NCBI GenBank assembly: GCA_031400655.1
Contig: JANNQH010000876.1
Coordinates: 1 to 44,149, forward strand
Source: Deltaproteobacteria bacterium
GTDB lineage: Bacteria > Myxococcota_A > UBA9160 > UBA4427
Direction: 5' to 3'
Length of the DNA: 44,149 bases
Notes under the pieces: generated by a model
What the model was told of the DNA's origin: nothing
The model's database searches: none
Seen by the model: the letters and a program-made list of their open reading frames with translations, nothing else
Made by a program: the position numbers and the translations under genes
In this document: one piece after another, positions 17,569-27,022 of the stretch
How the letters are laid out: the number at the start of each line of letters is the position of its first letter
Position numbering within the stretch: the stretch's first letter is position 1

Positions 17569-18348
17569 TCATGCGCTGGCGGCCCCGTCGACGGGCAGCG
17601 CGACTCCGGAGACATAAGAAGCCTCGTCGGAGAGCAGGAACAGGGCCGCGTTCGCGATCTCTCGCGGCATCCCGGTTCGTCGCATCGGTGTATATCGTGC
17701 GGCTTCGGCGGCGAGCGCTTCGGTGTCGACGGGTTCGCTCGAGGGCTGGTCCGGGCGGGCGACGAAGACCCGGAGCATCGGCGTGTCGATCGGACCGGGG
17801 CAGATCGCGTTGACGCGGATGTTCTCGGGCGCATACCGCTTGGCCAACGCCCGGACCAATCCGATGACCCCGAACTTGGCCGCCGAGTAGACCGGGCTCA
17901 AGGGCGAGCCCATGAGACCGGAGACCGATGACGTGAAGAGGAGCGCGCCCCCACCGCGTTTGCGCAGATGGGGAATCGCGGCCTCCGACGTCACCAGGAC
18001 CGAGCGGAGGTTCAGGTCCATCGCGATCCGATACGCCTCCATGTCGATGCCTTCGAAGGCGTGGGGACCGGGATGCCCGACGTGATTCCAGACGAAATCG
18101 AGCCCCCCGAATGCGGCCACCGTCTCGGTCACGATGCGTCTCGCCTCCTCGTCCTGACCGAGATCGGCCGTGATTCCGATCGCCCGTCCGCCCGCCTTCT
18201 CGATCTCGGAGACGACCTGCTCGACACCCGTGCGGTCGATGTCCGCGACGGCCACCGCGGCCCCCTCCTCCGCGAAGCGGATCGCGCCCGCACGCCCCAT
18301 GCCCGACGCCGCAGCGCTGACGAGCCCAAGTTTTCCCCGAAGCCGCAT
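17569..18348 (-). CDS. SDR-family oxidoreductase
   Basis: The ATG at 18348 follows a GGGAGGG RBS. Reads GKLGLVSAAASGMGRA...YSAAKFGVIGL...NAICPGPIDTPM. Confidence 0.9.
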   Translation of the reverse strand: MRLRGKLGLVSAAASGMGRAGAIRFAEEGAAVAVADIDRTGVEQVVSEIEKAGGRAIGITADLGQDEEARRIVTETVAAFGGLDFVWNHVGHPGPHAFEGIDMEAYRIAMDLNLRSVLVTSEAAIPHLRKRGGGALLFTSSVSGLMGSPLSPVYSAAKFGVIGLVRALAKRYAPENIRVNAICPGPIDTPMLRVFVARPDQPSSEPVDTEALAAEAARYTPMRRTGMPREIANAALFLLSDEASYVSGVALPVDGAASA

Positions 18349-18457
18349 GGCCACCCTCCCTTCGCGCGGGACTTCCTGCCCGACCCGCGCCATCGGCTCG
18401 CTCCGTGCGCTCCCGGGGTCGTCTCCCTGACGACGGGAGGGATCGTCGACGCTCGCC

Positions 18458-19768
18458 CTAGTCCTCGCCGATCGACGCCCTCGACGCCAGCTCCCGGAGG
18501 CGCTCCTCCTTCACATGATGTCTGGGAAACGCATCGATGACGTAGTCTTCGAGAGAAGGCCCGACCCGCTCGCGTCGACGCGTGAACGCGCGGGCAATGG
18601 CAGGTTCCAGACTTCTCCGCTTCGCGTCCCGGCGTGCCGCATCCCGCTCGATGAACTCCGGCAGGACCTCGCGTGCCAGCAGCTCGAGCGACTCCATGAT
18701 GTGCTCGTGGCGGTTCCGGCCGGATTGCTGCACGAAGATGATCTGGTCGACCCCGGCCTCCTCGTAGCGCCGGAGGTACCGACGCAGCTGCTCGGGCGTG
18801 CCGACGGCGCCGCGCAGTCCCGACGTCTCGCCGGCGGCCAGCTTCGCACCCAGCGTCTCGCTCTGGAGGGCAAGCTCGATCTCCGGGTCGTAGCCGCGCG
18901 CAGAACGTTGATGCTGGAAGTCGCTCCAGACGTCGGTGCGTCCCGGTCGATGTTCGCCATAGACGTAGTAGTGGCCGAGGGCGTAGCCGAAGAAGTTCGC
19001 TCCCTCGAGGCCGCGGCGCAGCGCCTCCCGCTCGTCGGAATGACACATCACGGTCGTCGCGCAGGCGACGGCCGGATTGACGGCCTCTCCGATGGGGACG
19101 CATTGCTCCGCGATCGCCCTCTCGTAGTCGCGGACCCAATGCGCGGCGTCCTCGGGATCGATGAATGCGAAGGTCAACGCGCCCATTCCATGCTGGGCGG
19201 CCCGGAGGATCGATTCGCGTCGGGTACACGCGAGCCACAGTGGGGGATGTGGCTTCTGGACGGGCTTCGGCACGACGTTGCGGGGCGGGATCCGAACGAA
19301 TCGACCGTCGATCCCCGTAAAGGGCACCTCCGTCATGCAGCGGATCGTGACCTCGAGCCCCTCCCTCCATTGCGCGTATTTTTCCGCGGGGTCCATTCCG
19401 AACCCCAGGATCTCTGCCGCCGAGGAGGACTCGCCGGAGCCGAAGTCGACGCGTCCGTTCGAAACGAGATCGAGGGTGGCCAGACGTTCTGCGGTGCGTA
19501 CCGGATGGTTGTAGCTCGGCGGCGTCTGGATGATTCCATGGCCCAGACGCATGTGGCGCGTGCGCTGGCTGGCCGCCGCAAGGAAGACTTCGGGCGCACT
19601 CGAATGCGAGTACTCCTCCATGAAATGGTGCTCGACGCCCCAGACGTAATCGAAGCCGAGACGGTCCGCGAACTCGCATTGGTCGAGCGCTTCCTGGAAG
19701 AGCCGCCGCTCCGCGTCCTCTTCCCAGGGCCGAGGCAGCTGGTGCTCGTAGAAGATTCCGAACTTCAT
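18458..19768 (-). CDS. LLM-class (luciferase-like) flavin/F420-dependent oxidoreductase, long form (436 aa)
   Basis: Reads MKFGIFYEHQLPRPWEEDAERRLFQEALDQCEFADRLGFDYVWGVEHHF.... The start overlaps the upstream stop (ATGA). Confidence 0.9.
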   Translation of the reverse strand: MKFGIFYEHQLPRPWEEDAERRLFQEALDQCEFADRLGFDYVWGVEHHFMEEYSHSSAPEVFLAAASQRTRHMRLGHGIIQTPPSYNHPVRTAERLATLDLVSNGRVDFGSGESSSAAEILGFGMDPAEKYAQWREGLEVTIRCMTEVPFTGIDGRFVRIPPRNVVPKPVQKPHPPLWLACTRRESILRAAQHGMGALTFAFIDPEDAAHWVRDYERAIAEQCVPIGEAVNPAVACATTVMCHSDEREALRRGLEGANFFGYALGHYYVYGEHRPGRTDVWSDFQHQRSARGYDPEIELALQSETLGAKLAAGETSGLRGAVGTPEQLRRYLRRYEEAGVDQIIFVQQSGRNRHEHIMESLELLAREVLPEFIERDAARRDAKRRSLEPAIARAFTRRRERVGPSLEDYVIDAFPRHHVKEERLRELASRASIGED

Positions 19769-21351
19769 CGGCTGTCGTCCTCGTCCTTCCGCTCTCCCGA
19801 GAAGCGCTCCCGCAATCGGTTCTTCAAGATCTTCCCGCTCGGGTTGCGGGGAACCCGGTCCACGATCTCGAGCTGCTCGGGGACCTTCTGGACCATCAAG
19901 GACTGGGCTTTCAAGTAGGCGACCATCTCCTCGAATGCGAGCGGATCGTCCGGCCTTCGACATGCAACGACCGCACAGACGCGTTCTCCGCTCGCAGCAT
20001 CCGGAACGCCGATGACGGCGACGTCCGCCACCTTCGGATGTTCGTAGAGAAGATCCTCGATCTCCTTGGCGCTGATGTTCTCGGCCTTGCGGATGATCAC
20101 GTCCTTGATCCGTCCCGTGATGACCGCATAGCCGTCCAGATCGAGGTAGCCGAGGTCCCCGGTGCGGAAGAATCCATCCGTGTCGAACGCGCTCGCGTTG
20201 AGACGGGCGTCGACGTAACCCTTGAAGAGCTGGGGGCCTCGGACCCGCAGCTCGCCCTCCTCGCCGGGAAGGGCACGGGCTCCGTCCGACTTGACGACCC
20301 GGATCTCGGCTTCGGGCGGATTCGGTCGTCCTTCGGTCTCCGCGAGCTTGTCGTCCGGATCGCCCATCCCACACATCGTGACGAGTGGACATTCCGTGAG
20401 CCCATAGGACGAGACGATCCCCTGGCCGCCGATCTCGTTCTTCATCTCGAAGTGAAGCGTCGGAGGCTTCGGCGCCCCACCACCCGGGAACGTCCGGATC
20501 TCGAGGAAGATCGACCGCCCCGGGCTCCTTCGCTGAGCTTCCAGATAGACGTTGAAGAACGCGGTCCCCGATCCAGCGTGATGGACTCCGCACTTCGCCA
20601 GGAAGTCGATCGCTTCAGGCCCGAACTTCTCGACGACCAGCTGCGCCGCCCCCGACATCAGGCTCGCCATCGAGCAGATCGGACCGCCGACGTGCGTCAC
20701 GGGAAACACCAGCGCCATCCTCTCTGCCGGCCGTAGGTCGAGACAGCGCGCATAGCCGGCGGCTGTGGCCATCAGGGTCTGATCCGTGTGGAGCACACCC
20801 TTTGGATCGGCGGTGGTCCCGGATGTGTAGAACACCCAGCGGGGCGCCTCGCTGGGCGTTCGCGGCACGGGAGGAAGCGAGGCGGGATCGCCCTCTGGCA
20901 GCTCGTGCTCCACGATCCGTACGGCGAGATTCGAGCGTTCGGCGGCGAGCTCGCGCGCCATGGCCTCATAATCGAAGCCTCGGAACGTCCTGGGGACGAT
21001 GATCATGCGCGCGCCCGTCTGGCGCGTGATGAAGTCGACCTCACGCTTCCGGTAGATCGGAATGATCGGGTTCTGGAGGGCAGAGAGACGGGCGAGCGCG
21101 GCGAACAGGACGAGACTCACGATCCGCGTCGGGAGGATCCAGGTCACCGGATATCCGTCTCCGACACCCAGATCGCGCAGTCCCGCAGCCGCCCTGCTGG
21201 CCGCATCGCGGAATCCGGCGAAGCTGAGCGACCGCCCTGATTCGTCGAGACAGCAGAGCGCGTCGGGCGTGGCTCGCGCCCTCGCCTCGACGAGATTCCA
21301 GAGTCCTCGTCCTTTCGTGTCGATCACGCAGCCTCCATGCCTCTTCTGCAT
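19765..21351 (-). CDS. AMP-dependent synthetase/ligase (fatty-acyl/aryl-CoA ligase)
   Basis: Reads WVFYTSGTTADPKGVLHTDQTL...SYGLTE...FRTGDLG...ISAKEIE...VPRNPSGKILKNRL. Confidence 0.9.
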   Translation of the reverse strand: MQKRHGGCVIDTKGRGLWNLVEARARATPDALCCLDESGRSLSFAGFRDAASRAAAGLRDLGVGDGYPVTWILPTRIVSLVLFAALARLSALQNPIIPIYRKREVDFITRQTGARMIIVPRTFRGFDYEAMARELAAERSNLAVRIVEHELPEGDPASLPPVPRTPSEAPRWVFYTSGTTADPKGVLHTDQTLMATAAGYARCLDLRPAERMALVFPVTHVGGPICSMASLMSGAAQLVVEKFGPEAIDFLAKCGVHHAGSGTAFFNVYLEAQRRSPGRSIFLEIRTFPGGGAPKPPTLHFEMKNEIGGQGIVSSYGLTECPLVTMCGMGDPDDKLAETEGRPNPPEAEIRVVKSDGARALPGEEGELRVRGPQLFKGYVDARLNASAFDTDGFFRTGDLGYLDLDGYAVITGRIKDVIIRKAENISAKEIEDLLYEHPKVADVAVIGVPDAASGERVCAVVACRRPDDPLAFEEMVAYLKAQSLMVQKVPEQLEIVDRVPRNPSGKILKNRLRERFSGERKDEDDSR

Positions 21352-21398
21352 CCCGATCCTCTCGAACGCGACGGTCTCGAGAGCGCATGAGATGGGAA

Positions 21399-22613
21399 TC
21401 AGGACGTGATTCCGAACCGCTCGAGTCCGTAGGCTCTGATCGCATTCTCACGAAAGAGCATGTCGATCTCCCTCTGGTCGAGTCCCGCCTCCTCGACGAG
21501 CCTGCTCGCGGTCTCCAGCGTGTTCGGAAACGTCGAGTCGGAATGCGGGTAGTCGACCTCGAAGGTGATCTGGGCCATTCCGACGCGATCTCGGAGAAGG
21601 AGACCCGTCGAATCGTCGAAGATGCATCCCCAGATCCGTCCCGGGACGTAGCTGCTCGGCGGATGTTCGAGGTCGATGCCGGTCCCGCCTTTGCGCCCTC
21701 GTTTGAGCCAGATCTTGTCGGCCCGTTCGAGGACGAAGGGCATCCAACCGACCTGTCCCTCCGAGTAGGCGATTCGCAAGCTCGGAAATCGATCGAATAC
21801 GCCCGATATCAGGACATCGAGCAGGGAGCCCATCGTATTGGAGAAGGAGAGCGCGGAGGACACGGCGTTCGGCGCGTCGCTCGACGTCGAGGGCATCCTC
21901 GAAGAGGACCCGATGTGCATGTTCACGACCGTCTCGGTCTCCTCGCAGGCTCGGAAGAATGGATCCCAGTGACGTCGCGGGTCGTGGAACGACGGCAGGC
22001 CGAGGTGGAAGGGATTCTCGGAGAAGCTCACGGCGAACGACCCTTTTCGCGCGCAGCGACGGACTTCCCGGGCGGCGAGCTCGGCGTCCCAGAGCGGCAC
22101 GATCGTCAGCGGAATCAATCGCCCCTTCCCGTCGCCAGCGCACCATTCGTCGATCATCCAGTCGTTGTAGGCCTGGACGCAGAGCAGCGCGAGCTCCTTG
22201 TCCTTTCGCTCGTAGAAGGTCTGACCACAGAATCGAGGCAGGATGTTGGGGAAGCAGATCGAGACGTCCGTGTGGTTGGCGTCCATGTCCTGCAGCCGTT
22301 CCTTCTGCTTCCACGTTCCCGGGCGGACTTCGTCGAAGGTCGTCGGGACGTTCGACATGTCGCTGAATCCGGCCGCCGCCGATACGCGCGGGAACGGGTA
22401 TTCCAGATCGTCGTAGATCCACCAGTCGCACCACGCTCCGTCCGGAGTCCCGCGTTCCGCGCGGAAGACCCCTCCGAGATAGGAGAACTTCGCGCGGTCG
22501 CGCACGATGTGCGGAGTGCGACCGGCGTACCGCGACGGAAGGCGACTCATCCAGAGATCGGGCGGCTCGACGACGTGATCGTCGACGGAGATGATCTTCG
22601 GAATCTCGACCAT
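21399..22613 (-). CDS. Amidohydrolase-2 family protein (PF04909)
   Basis: Reads IISVDDHVVEPPDLWMSRLP...FEVDYPHSDSTFP. It is a paralog of 12299..13507. Confidence 0.9.
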   Translation of the reverse strand: MVEIPKIISVDDHVVEPPDLWMSRLPSRYAGRTPHIVRDRAKFSYLGGVFRAERGTPDGAWCDWWIYDDLEYPFPRVSAAAGFSDMSNVPTTFDEVRPGTWKQKERLQDMDANHTDVSICFPNILPRFCGQTFYERKDKELALLCVQAYNDWMIDEWCAGDGKGRLIPLTIVPLWDAELAAREVRRCARKGSFAVSFSENPFHLGLPSFHDPRRHWDPFFRACEETETVVNMHIGSSSRMPSTSSDAPNAVSSALSFSNTMGSLLDVLISGVFDRFPSLRIAYSEGQVGWMPFVLERADKIWLKRGRKGGTGIDLEHPPSSYVPGRIWGCIFDDSTGLLLRDRVGMAQITFEVDYPHSDSTFPNTLETASRLVEEAGLDQREIDMLFRENAIRAYGLERFGITS

Positions 22614-22630
22614 GGAATGCAGCTATCGGG

Positions 22631-22993
22631 TCAGATGTCGTAGGCGATGTTGTATTCCACGACCTGGCCGTCCCGAAGCTTGAGCAGATCCGTGTACGCA
22701 TGGTATTCGTCCGCCTCGTCCCGACTCGAAATCCTGAGGAATCCACGGATGGCGATCATCGCGTCGCCGATCTTGACGTGGGTCGGCACGTGCTCGGTCC
22801 GTTCGCCGCGTCCGCTTCGAGAGGCGATCGACTCCTCGAGGAAGCGCAGGTAGCCCGACCGATCGAAGGGCGCATCCACGCCCTCGACCCCGAGCATCGT
22901 CAGGACGAGATCGGCGTGGAGGTAGCGGCAGAGCCGCTCGGCATCGCCGTCATCGGTCGCGCGAAAGAGGTCTTCGATCTTCTTCTTGTCCAT
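22631..22993 (-). CDS. SnoaL-like / NTF2-fold protein
   Basis: Reads MDKKKIEDLFRATDDGDAERLCRYLHADLVLTM...LLKLRDGQVVEYNIAYD. An alternative start is the ATG at 23029. Confidence 0.7.
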   Translation of the reverse strand: MDKKKIEDLFRATDDGDAERLCRYLHADLVLTMLGVEGVDAPFDRSGYLRFLEESIASRSGRGERTEHVPTHVKIGDAMIAIRGFLRISSRDEADEYHAYTDLLKLRDGQVVEYNIAYDI

Positions 22994-23045
22994 CGTGGGG
23001 TCGTGTCCTTTCGTGCGGATGGCTCCCATCCGTTCATCCGCGCGT

Positions 23046-23678
23046 TCATCGTCTCCTGGTCAGCACACCCGTCAGCATGCAGTCCACGATGGCCTCCGAG
23101 AGACTCGGATCGAGGGGGGCATCTTCGATGACGACTCGGTCCGTATAGGTGAGATGGATCGCGGTGATCAGATCCGCCATGTGTTCGACTTCGACGTCCG
23201 CTCGGACCTCGCCCTGCGCAACGCCTCGCCGGAGGATCTCCTCGATCAGACGACGAAGGGCCCGGGAGCCCCGCTCGATCACGTCGGTCTCGGTCGACAG
23301 AAGCAGCTGCGTATCACGGGTTAGGAGCAGATGAAGCAGGGGATGGGCGCGGCCGTAGGCCAGGGAGACTTCGTGGAGCACGCGCAACGCGCCCGCTGCG
23401 CCGCCCCGCGCCCTCGAGACCTCGTCGACGAGCGTCTCGTTCCACTCGGTGATCAGGCGATCGACGACGACCTGGAAGACATGGGTCTTGTCCGTGAAGC
23501 GGCGGTAGAAGAGGGGTCGCGAGACGCCGGCCAGCGCGACGATGTCCTGGATCGTCGCCTTCTGGAAGCCGACCGTGCCGAAGACTTCGGCCGCCGCGGA
23601 CAGGATGCGCTCCTGGCCCTCGTCGAAGAGCTCGTCCGCAGACGCATTGGTTCGGACCTGTTTGAGGGTTGACGGCAA
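23046..23678 (-). CDS. TetR/AcrR-family transcriptional regulator
   Basis: The HTH reads ERILSAAAEVFGTVGFQKATIQDIVALAGVSRPLFYRRFTDK. The start codon is TTG and lies inside repeat R1. Confidence 0.9.
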   Translation of the reverse strand: MPSTLKQVRTNASADELFDEGQERILSAAAEVFGTVGFQKATIQDIVALAGVSRPLFYRRFTDKTHVFQVVVDRLITEWNETLVDEVSRARGGAAGALRVLHEVSLAYGRAHPLLHLLLTRDTQLLLSTETDVIERGSRALRRLIEEILRRGVAQGEVRADVEVEHMADLITAIHLTYTDRVVIEDAPLDPSLSEAIVDCMLTGVLTRRR

Positions 23679-23768
23679 GACTGGTACCCCGTTACAGTGG
23701 TGACACGATTTGTAACGCGCGAGCCCAGGCCCCGCAATGGGCCACGGGGCGAATGATCGACTACGACC
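23640..23768 (+). repeat. R1: 129-bp copy of the duplicated TetR/oxygenase divergent control region
   Basis: Hand alignment with 34441-34572 gives 6 substitutions and one 3-nt indel. R1 spans TetR codons 1-13 (leftward), the promoter/operator, and ATGATCGACTACGAC (MIDYD, rightward). Confidence 0.9.
23669..23717 (+). promoter_or_regulatory. Putative sigma70-type promoter overlapped by inverted repeat CGTTACA-N14-TGTAACG (candidate TetR operator)
   Basis: TTGACG at 23669-23674 and TACAGT at 23693-23698, with 18-nt spacing. The 7-bp inverted arms lie at 23690-23696 and 23711-23717. This architecture is inferred and untested. Confidence 0.45.
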
Positions 23769-23842
23769 ATCTGGGCACGACTCCCGCGCATCCGCCGCAC
23801 GTTCAATGGCTCGAGATTCTGCGCTTCACAAGGAGCACATCG

Positions 23843-24763
23843 ATGGTTGGATTCGAAGTCAAACCGCTGGAGAACATTGGCGCAGAAATCGTCGGACTGG
23901 ACCCGAACGGGCTCACCGACGAGGTTCAGCGCGATCTCTACGCAACCTGGATGGAATTTGGAGTCCTGCTCTTTCGCGAGGGGGCGAGCGATGCGGCGAC
24001 GCATCTCAAGCTCGCAAAGGTCTTCGGCGACCTCGAGGTTCATCCCCTCAAATCGCTTCTCGTCGAAGGCCAAGAGGAGTTGATCTGGCTGGGCGGTCAA
24101 GACAAGAATTCGGGCGGTTCACGCGTGATCGATGGCGACGTTCGGCTGGGCCAGGTCTATTGGCATCAGGACACCGCTTATACACCTAATATCTGCAAGG
24201 GCTCCATGCTGCGAATGATCACGAAGTCCAGACGCGCGGGCAATACGATCTGGGCCGACACGTCCAAGGCCTACGACGCTCTACCCAAAGAGTTGGCCGA
24301 GCGAATCGAGCCGCTCGAGACGCTTCAGAGGTACTCGGATCTCGCTCGCAAGACGTGGGGGATGCCCGGTCACGAGGTGCGACGAGCCACCCCCGAAGAA
24401 GGCCCGCCGAGTCAGGTCGATGTTCCTGACTTTCCGCGTGTTGCCCATCCTATGGTGATCACGCATCCCGAGAATGGTCGCAAAGCGCTGCTGCTGAGTC
24501 CGCTCGGCTATCTGACCATCCTCGGCCTGCCCGAGGATGAAGCGGACGAAATTTTCGAAGCCGTCGTGGCGCATACGGTGCAGCCACAGTTCTGTTACGA
24601 CCATCGGTGGACGGAAAATGATCTCGTCTTGTGGGACAACCGTCGAACCCTTCACTACGCACTGGGATATCCGGTCGATGACAATCGTATCGTTCAGCGG
24701 ACCACGCTTGCAGGTCCGCTGCCGACCGGTCACGTGTACGAAGAGGCGAGCTCCGATCACTGA
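23843..24763 (+). CDS. TauD/TfdA-family Fe(II)/2-oxoglutarate dioxygenase
   Basis: The ATG at 23843 lies 7 nt after AAGGAG. Reads MVGFEVKPLENIGAEIVGLD...YWHQDTAY...DLVLWDNRRTLHYA. An upstream in-frame ATG at 23753 (MIDYD) belongs to repeat R1 and is probably vestigial. Confidence 0.85.
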   Translation: MVGFEVKPLENIGAEIVGLDPNGLTDEVQRDLYATWMEFGVLLFREGASDAATHLKLAKVFGDLEVHPLKSLLVEGQEELIWLGGQDKNSGGSRVIDGDVRLGQVYWHQDTAYTPNICKGSMLRMITKSRRAGNTIWADTSKAYDALPKELAERIEPLETLQRYSDLARKTWGMPGHEVRRATPEEGPPSQVDVPDFPRVAHPMVITHPENGRKALLLSPLGYLTILGLPEDEADEIFEAVVAHTVQPQFCYDHRWTENDLVLWDNRRTLHYALGYPVDDNRIVQRTTLAGPLPTGHVYEEASSDH

Positions 24764-24785
24764 ACCGTCGGTTCGGGACTGCCCC

Positions 24786-25754
24786 ATGAGCTTCGCTTTG
24801 ACCGAGGACGTAGAAAGGTTCGACATGGGTGTGCTCGCAGGAAAGGTCGCAGCAGTCACGGGTTCCGGGCGTGGAATTGGCCGGGGGATCGCGCTGAAGC
24901 TCGCGGAAGAGGGCGCACGGGTCGTCGTGAACGATCTCGGTGGTGCTGTCGATGGCGGTGGCACGAGCCCCGTCGCTGACGAGGTCGTGGAGGAGATCCT
25001 CAAGGCCGGGGGCGAGGCGATCGCAAACTACGACAGCGTCGCCTCCGTCGAGGGCGGTCGCGCAATCTTCCAATCGGCCATCGATGCCTTCGGCGGCCTG
25101 GACATCCTCGTGAACAACGCGGGCGTGCTGCGCGACCGAACGATCTTCAAGCTTGAAGAACAGGATTGGGACGCGGTCATCGCGGTTCACCTCAAGGGCC
25201 ACTACTGCTGTATCCGCCCCTTCGCGCAGTACATTCGCGAGACCGGGCGACTGGGCTGTCGGATCATCAATTTCTCGTCGGTCTCGGGACTCTGGGGCAA
25301 CTTCGGTCAATCAAACTACGGGGCGGCGAAGGCGGGCATCGCGGGCTTCAGCCGAGTCCTGGCCATCGAGCTGGCAAAATACGAATGCACGGTGAATACG
25401 ATCTCGCCCGGGGCTGCGACGCGCATGACGGTCTCGCTCGGCGCAGGCGGGGCCGAGGTCGTCGATGCCGACGACCCTCTCCAGAGCCCCGGGATCGTCG
25501 CCCCGGTTATCACGTGGCTCGCCTCCCCCGCGGCTCATGCGATCACCGGTGAGATCATCCATGTCGTTCCGGGCGTGCTCGGCATCATGCAGCAGCCGAA
25601 GCTGATCAAGAGCTATACGGCGGACCATCTCTGGACGCTAGGCGAGCTCGACGAGTTGATTCCGAGCCTGGTCGAAGCGCGCAAGCAGCACGACGATCGA
25701 GTGGCAGCAGCAGCCGAACCCGAGAGGGTCGAGTCTGCGGAGGATGGTCGATGA
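24786..25754 (+). CDS. SDR-family oxidoreductase (resembles the 3-hydroxyacyl-CoA dehydrogenase domain of MFE-2-type enzymes)
   Basis: Reads GKVAAVTGSGRGIGRGIAL...VNNAGVLRD...NFSSVSGLWGNFGQSNYGAAKAGIAGF. Confidence 0.88.
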   Translation: MSFALTEDVERFDMGVLAGKVAAVTGSGRGIGRGIALKLAEEGARVVVNDLGGAVDGGGTSPVADEVVEEILKAGGEAIANYDSVASVEGGRAIFQSAIDAFGGLDILVNNAGVLRDRTIFKLEEQDWDAVIAVHLKGHYCCIRPFAQYIRETGRLGCRIINFSSVSGLWGNFGQSNYGAAKAGIAGFSRVLAIELAKYECTVNTISPGAATRMTVSLGAGGAEVVDADDPLQSPGIVAPVITWLASPAAHAITGEIIHVVPGVLGIMQQPKLIKSYTADHLWTLGELDELIPSLVEARKQHDDRVAAAAEPERVESAEDGR

Positions 25755-27022
25755 GTCGAACGATCTTCTCCCGGGCGAACGTGCTCGACCCGGGTGCTCC
25801 GCCCGGATCGCGCGCCCGTGAGCGGGCCACGGTCGTAGTCAAAGGCAACAAGATCTCATCGGTCGGCGGGAACGTCGAGCCGGAACCCGACGACGTCTTC
25901 ATCGATCTCGACGGCCGCACATTGATGCCTGGCCTCACGACCTGTCACTTCCACTCGACCTATCGCGATGTGGCTGGGCAGGTCGAGCCCCTCGGTTGCG
26001 AAAAGCCTCCCGTCTATCTCGGCCTGATCGCGGCGGAGCATCTGCGAGGCGCGCTTCACGCGGGGTTCACTGGGGTCGTGAGCGCGGGCGCGATCCCAGC
26101 CGATATCGACGCACAGTGCAAGATGGCGATCGAGGACGGGCTGATTGAGGGACCTCGAATGCTCGCGGGCAGTCGCGGTCTCGATACGGTCGCGGCTTCG
26201 ACCGATCTCGAGCGGTGGTGGTGGGAGATCCACAATCACGGCGCCCAACGCCTGGCGAGCGGCGTCGATGGATTTCGCGATGCCGTGCGCGATGAGGTGA
26301 AGCGCGGAGCCGAGATCATCAAGATCTTTCCCACGGCCGGTCATGCGGGCTACCCGGGCCGTCCGGGTACCGAAGGCCAGATGACCCTGCACGCGGACGA
26401 ACTGCGTTCCGTTGTCGACACGGCCCATCAGGTCGGCGTCAAGGTTCGCGCGCATTGCGTTTGGAAGTCCGCGATCCGAACCTGCATCGAGGCCGGCGTC
26501 GACGTGATCGACCACGGCGACCAGATCGACGACGGGCTGATCGAGTTGATGGTGGAGCGGGGCACCTTTCTCGTGCCGAGCATGTTCTTCGTCCATGTCC
26601 TGCTGGGCGAGGCGGCGGGGATGCTCGGCGGGACGGACAGCCTGGAGGCCGCCCGGCGCGATCAGGGCAACATGCTGGAGTGGCTGCCTCGCGCCAACGC
26701 GGCCGGTGTGAAGATCGTCTGCGGCGACGACTATGGGATCATCACCCTGCCCCATGGCCGATATGCCGAGGAGCTCGCGTACTACGCAAACCAGGTCGGG
26801 ATCCCGTCCGAGGACGTACTGCGCTGGGCGACGGTCAATGGCTACGAACTTCTGGGACTCGGCGCGCGCGCGGGGCGGATCGAGGCGGGCTATCTCGCGG
26901 ATTTGCTGGTGGTCGATGGCGACCCCGCGCTCGACCTCGCCCTGCTGCAGGATCCGGAACGCCTGCAGGCAGTCGTGTTGGGAGGCCGCTTCGCGGTGAA
27001 TCGCCTGGAGGATGCTTCGTGA
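25751..27022 (+). CDS. Amidohydrolase-1 family metal-dependent hydrolase
   Basis: Overlaps the upstream gene by ATGA. Reads LMPGLTTCHFHSTY...IKIFPTAGH...VRAHC...VIDHGD...GDDYG. Confidence 0.8.
   Translation: MSRTIFSRANVLDPGAPPGSRARERATVVVKGNKISSVGGNVEPEPDDVFIDLDGRTLMPGLTTCHFHSTYRDVAGQVEPLGCEKPPVYLGLIAAEHLRGALHAGFTGVVSAGAIPADIDAQCKMAIEDGLIEGPRMLAGSRGLDTVAASTDLERWWWEIHNHGAQRLASGVDGFRDAVRDEVKRGAEIIKIFPTAGHAGYPGRPGTEGQMTLHADELRSVVDTAHQVGVKVRAHCVWKSAIRTCIEAGVDVIDHGDQIDDGLIELMVERGTFLVPSMFFVHVLLGEAAGMLGGTDSLEAARRDQGNMLEWLPRANAAGVKIVCGDDYGIITLPHGRYAEELAYYANQVGIPSEDVLRWATVNGYELLGLGARAGRIEAGYLADLLVVDGDPALDLALLQDPERLQAVVLGGRFAVNRLEDAS

Noticed and set aside
23669-23752. The ORF-track N-terminal extensions MTARLV(P/H)RYS(G/D)DTICNARA(Q/H)APQWATG, shared by the TauD-like and P450 ORFs, looked like a conserved leader peptide.
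   Set aside because: The 'start' is the TTG of the TTGACG promoter-like box, and the similarity is simply the duplicated DNA (R1/R2). Better starts with RBSs exist downstream (23843 and 34557).
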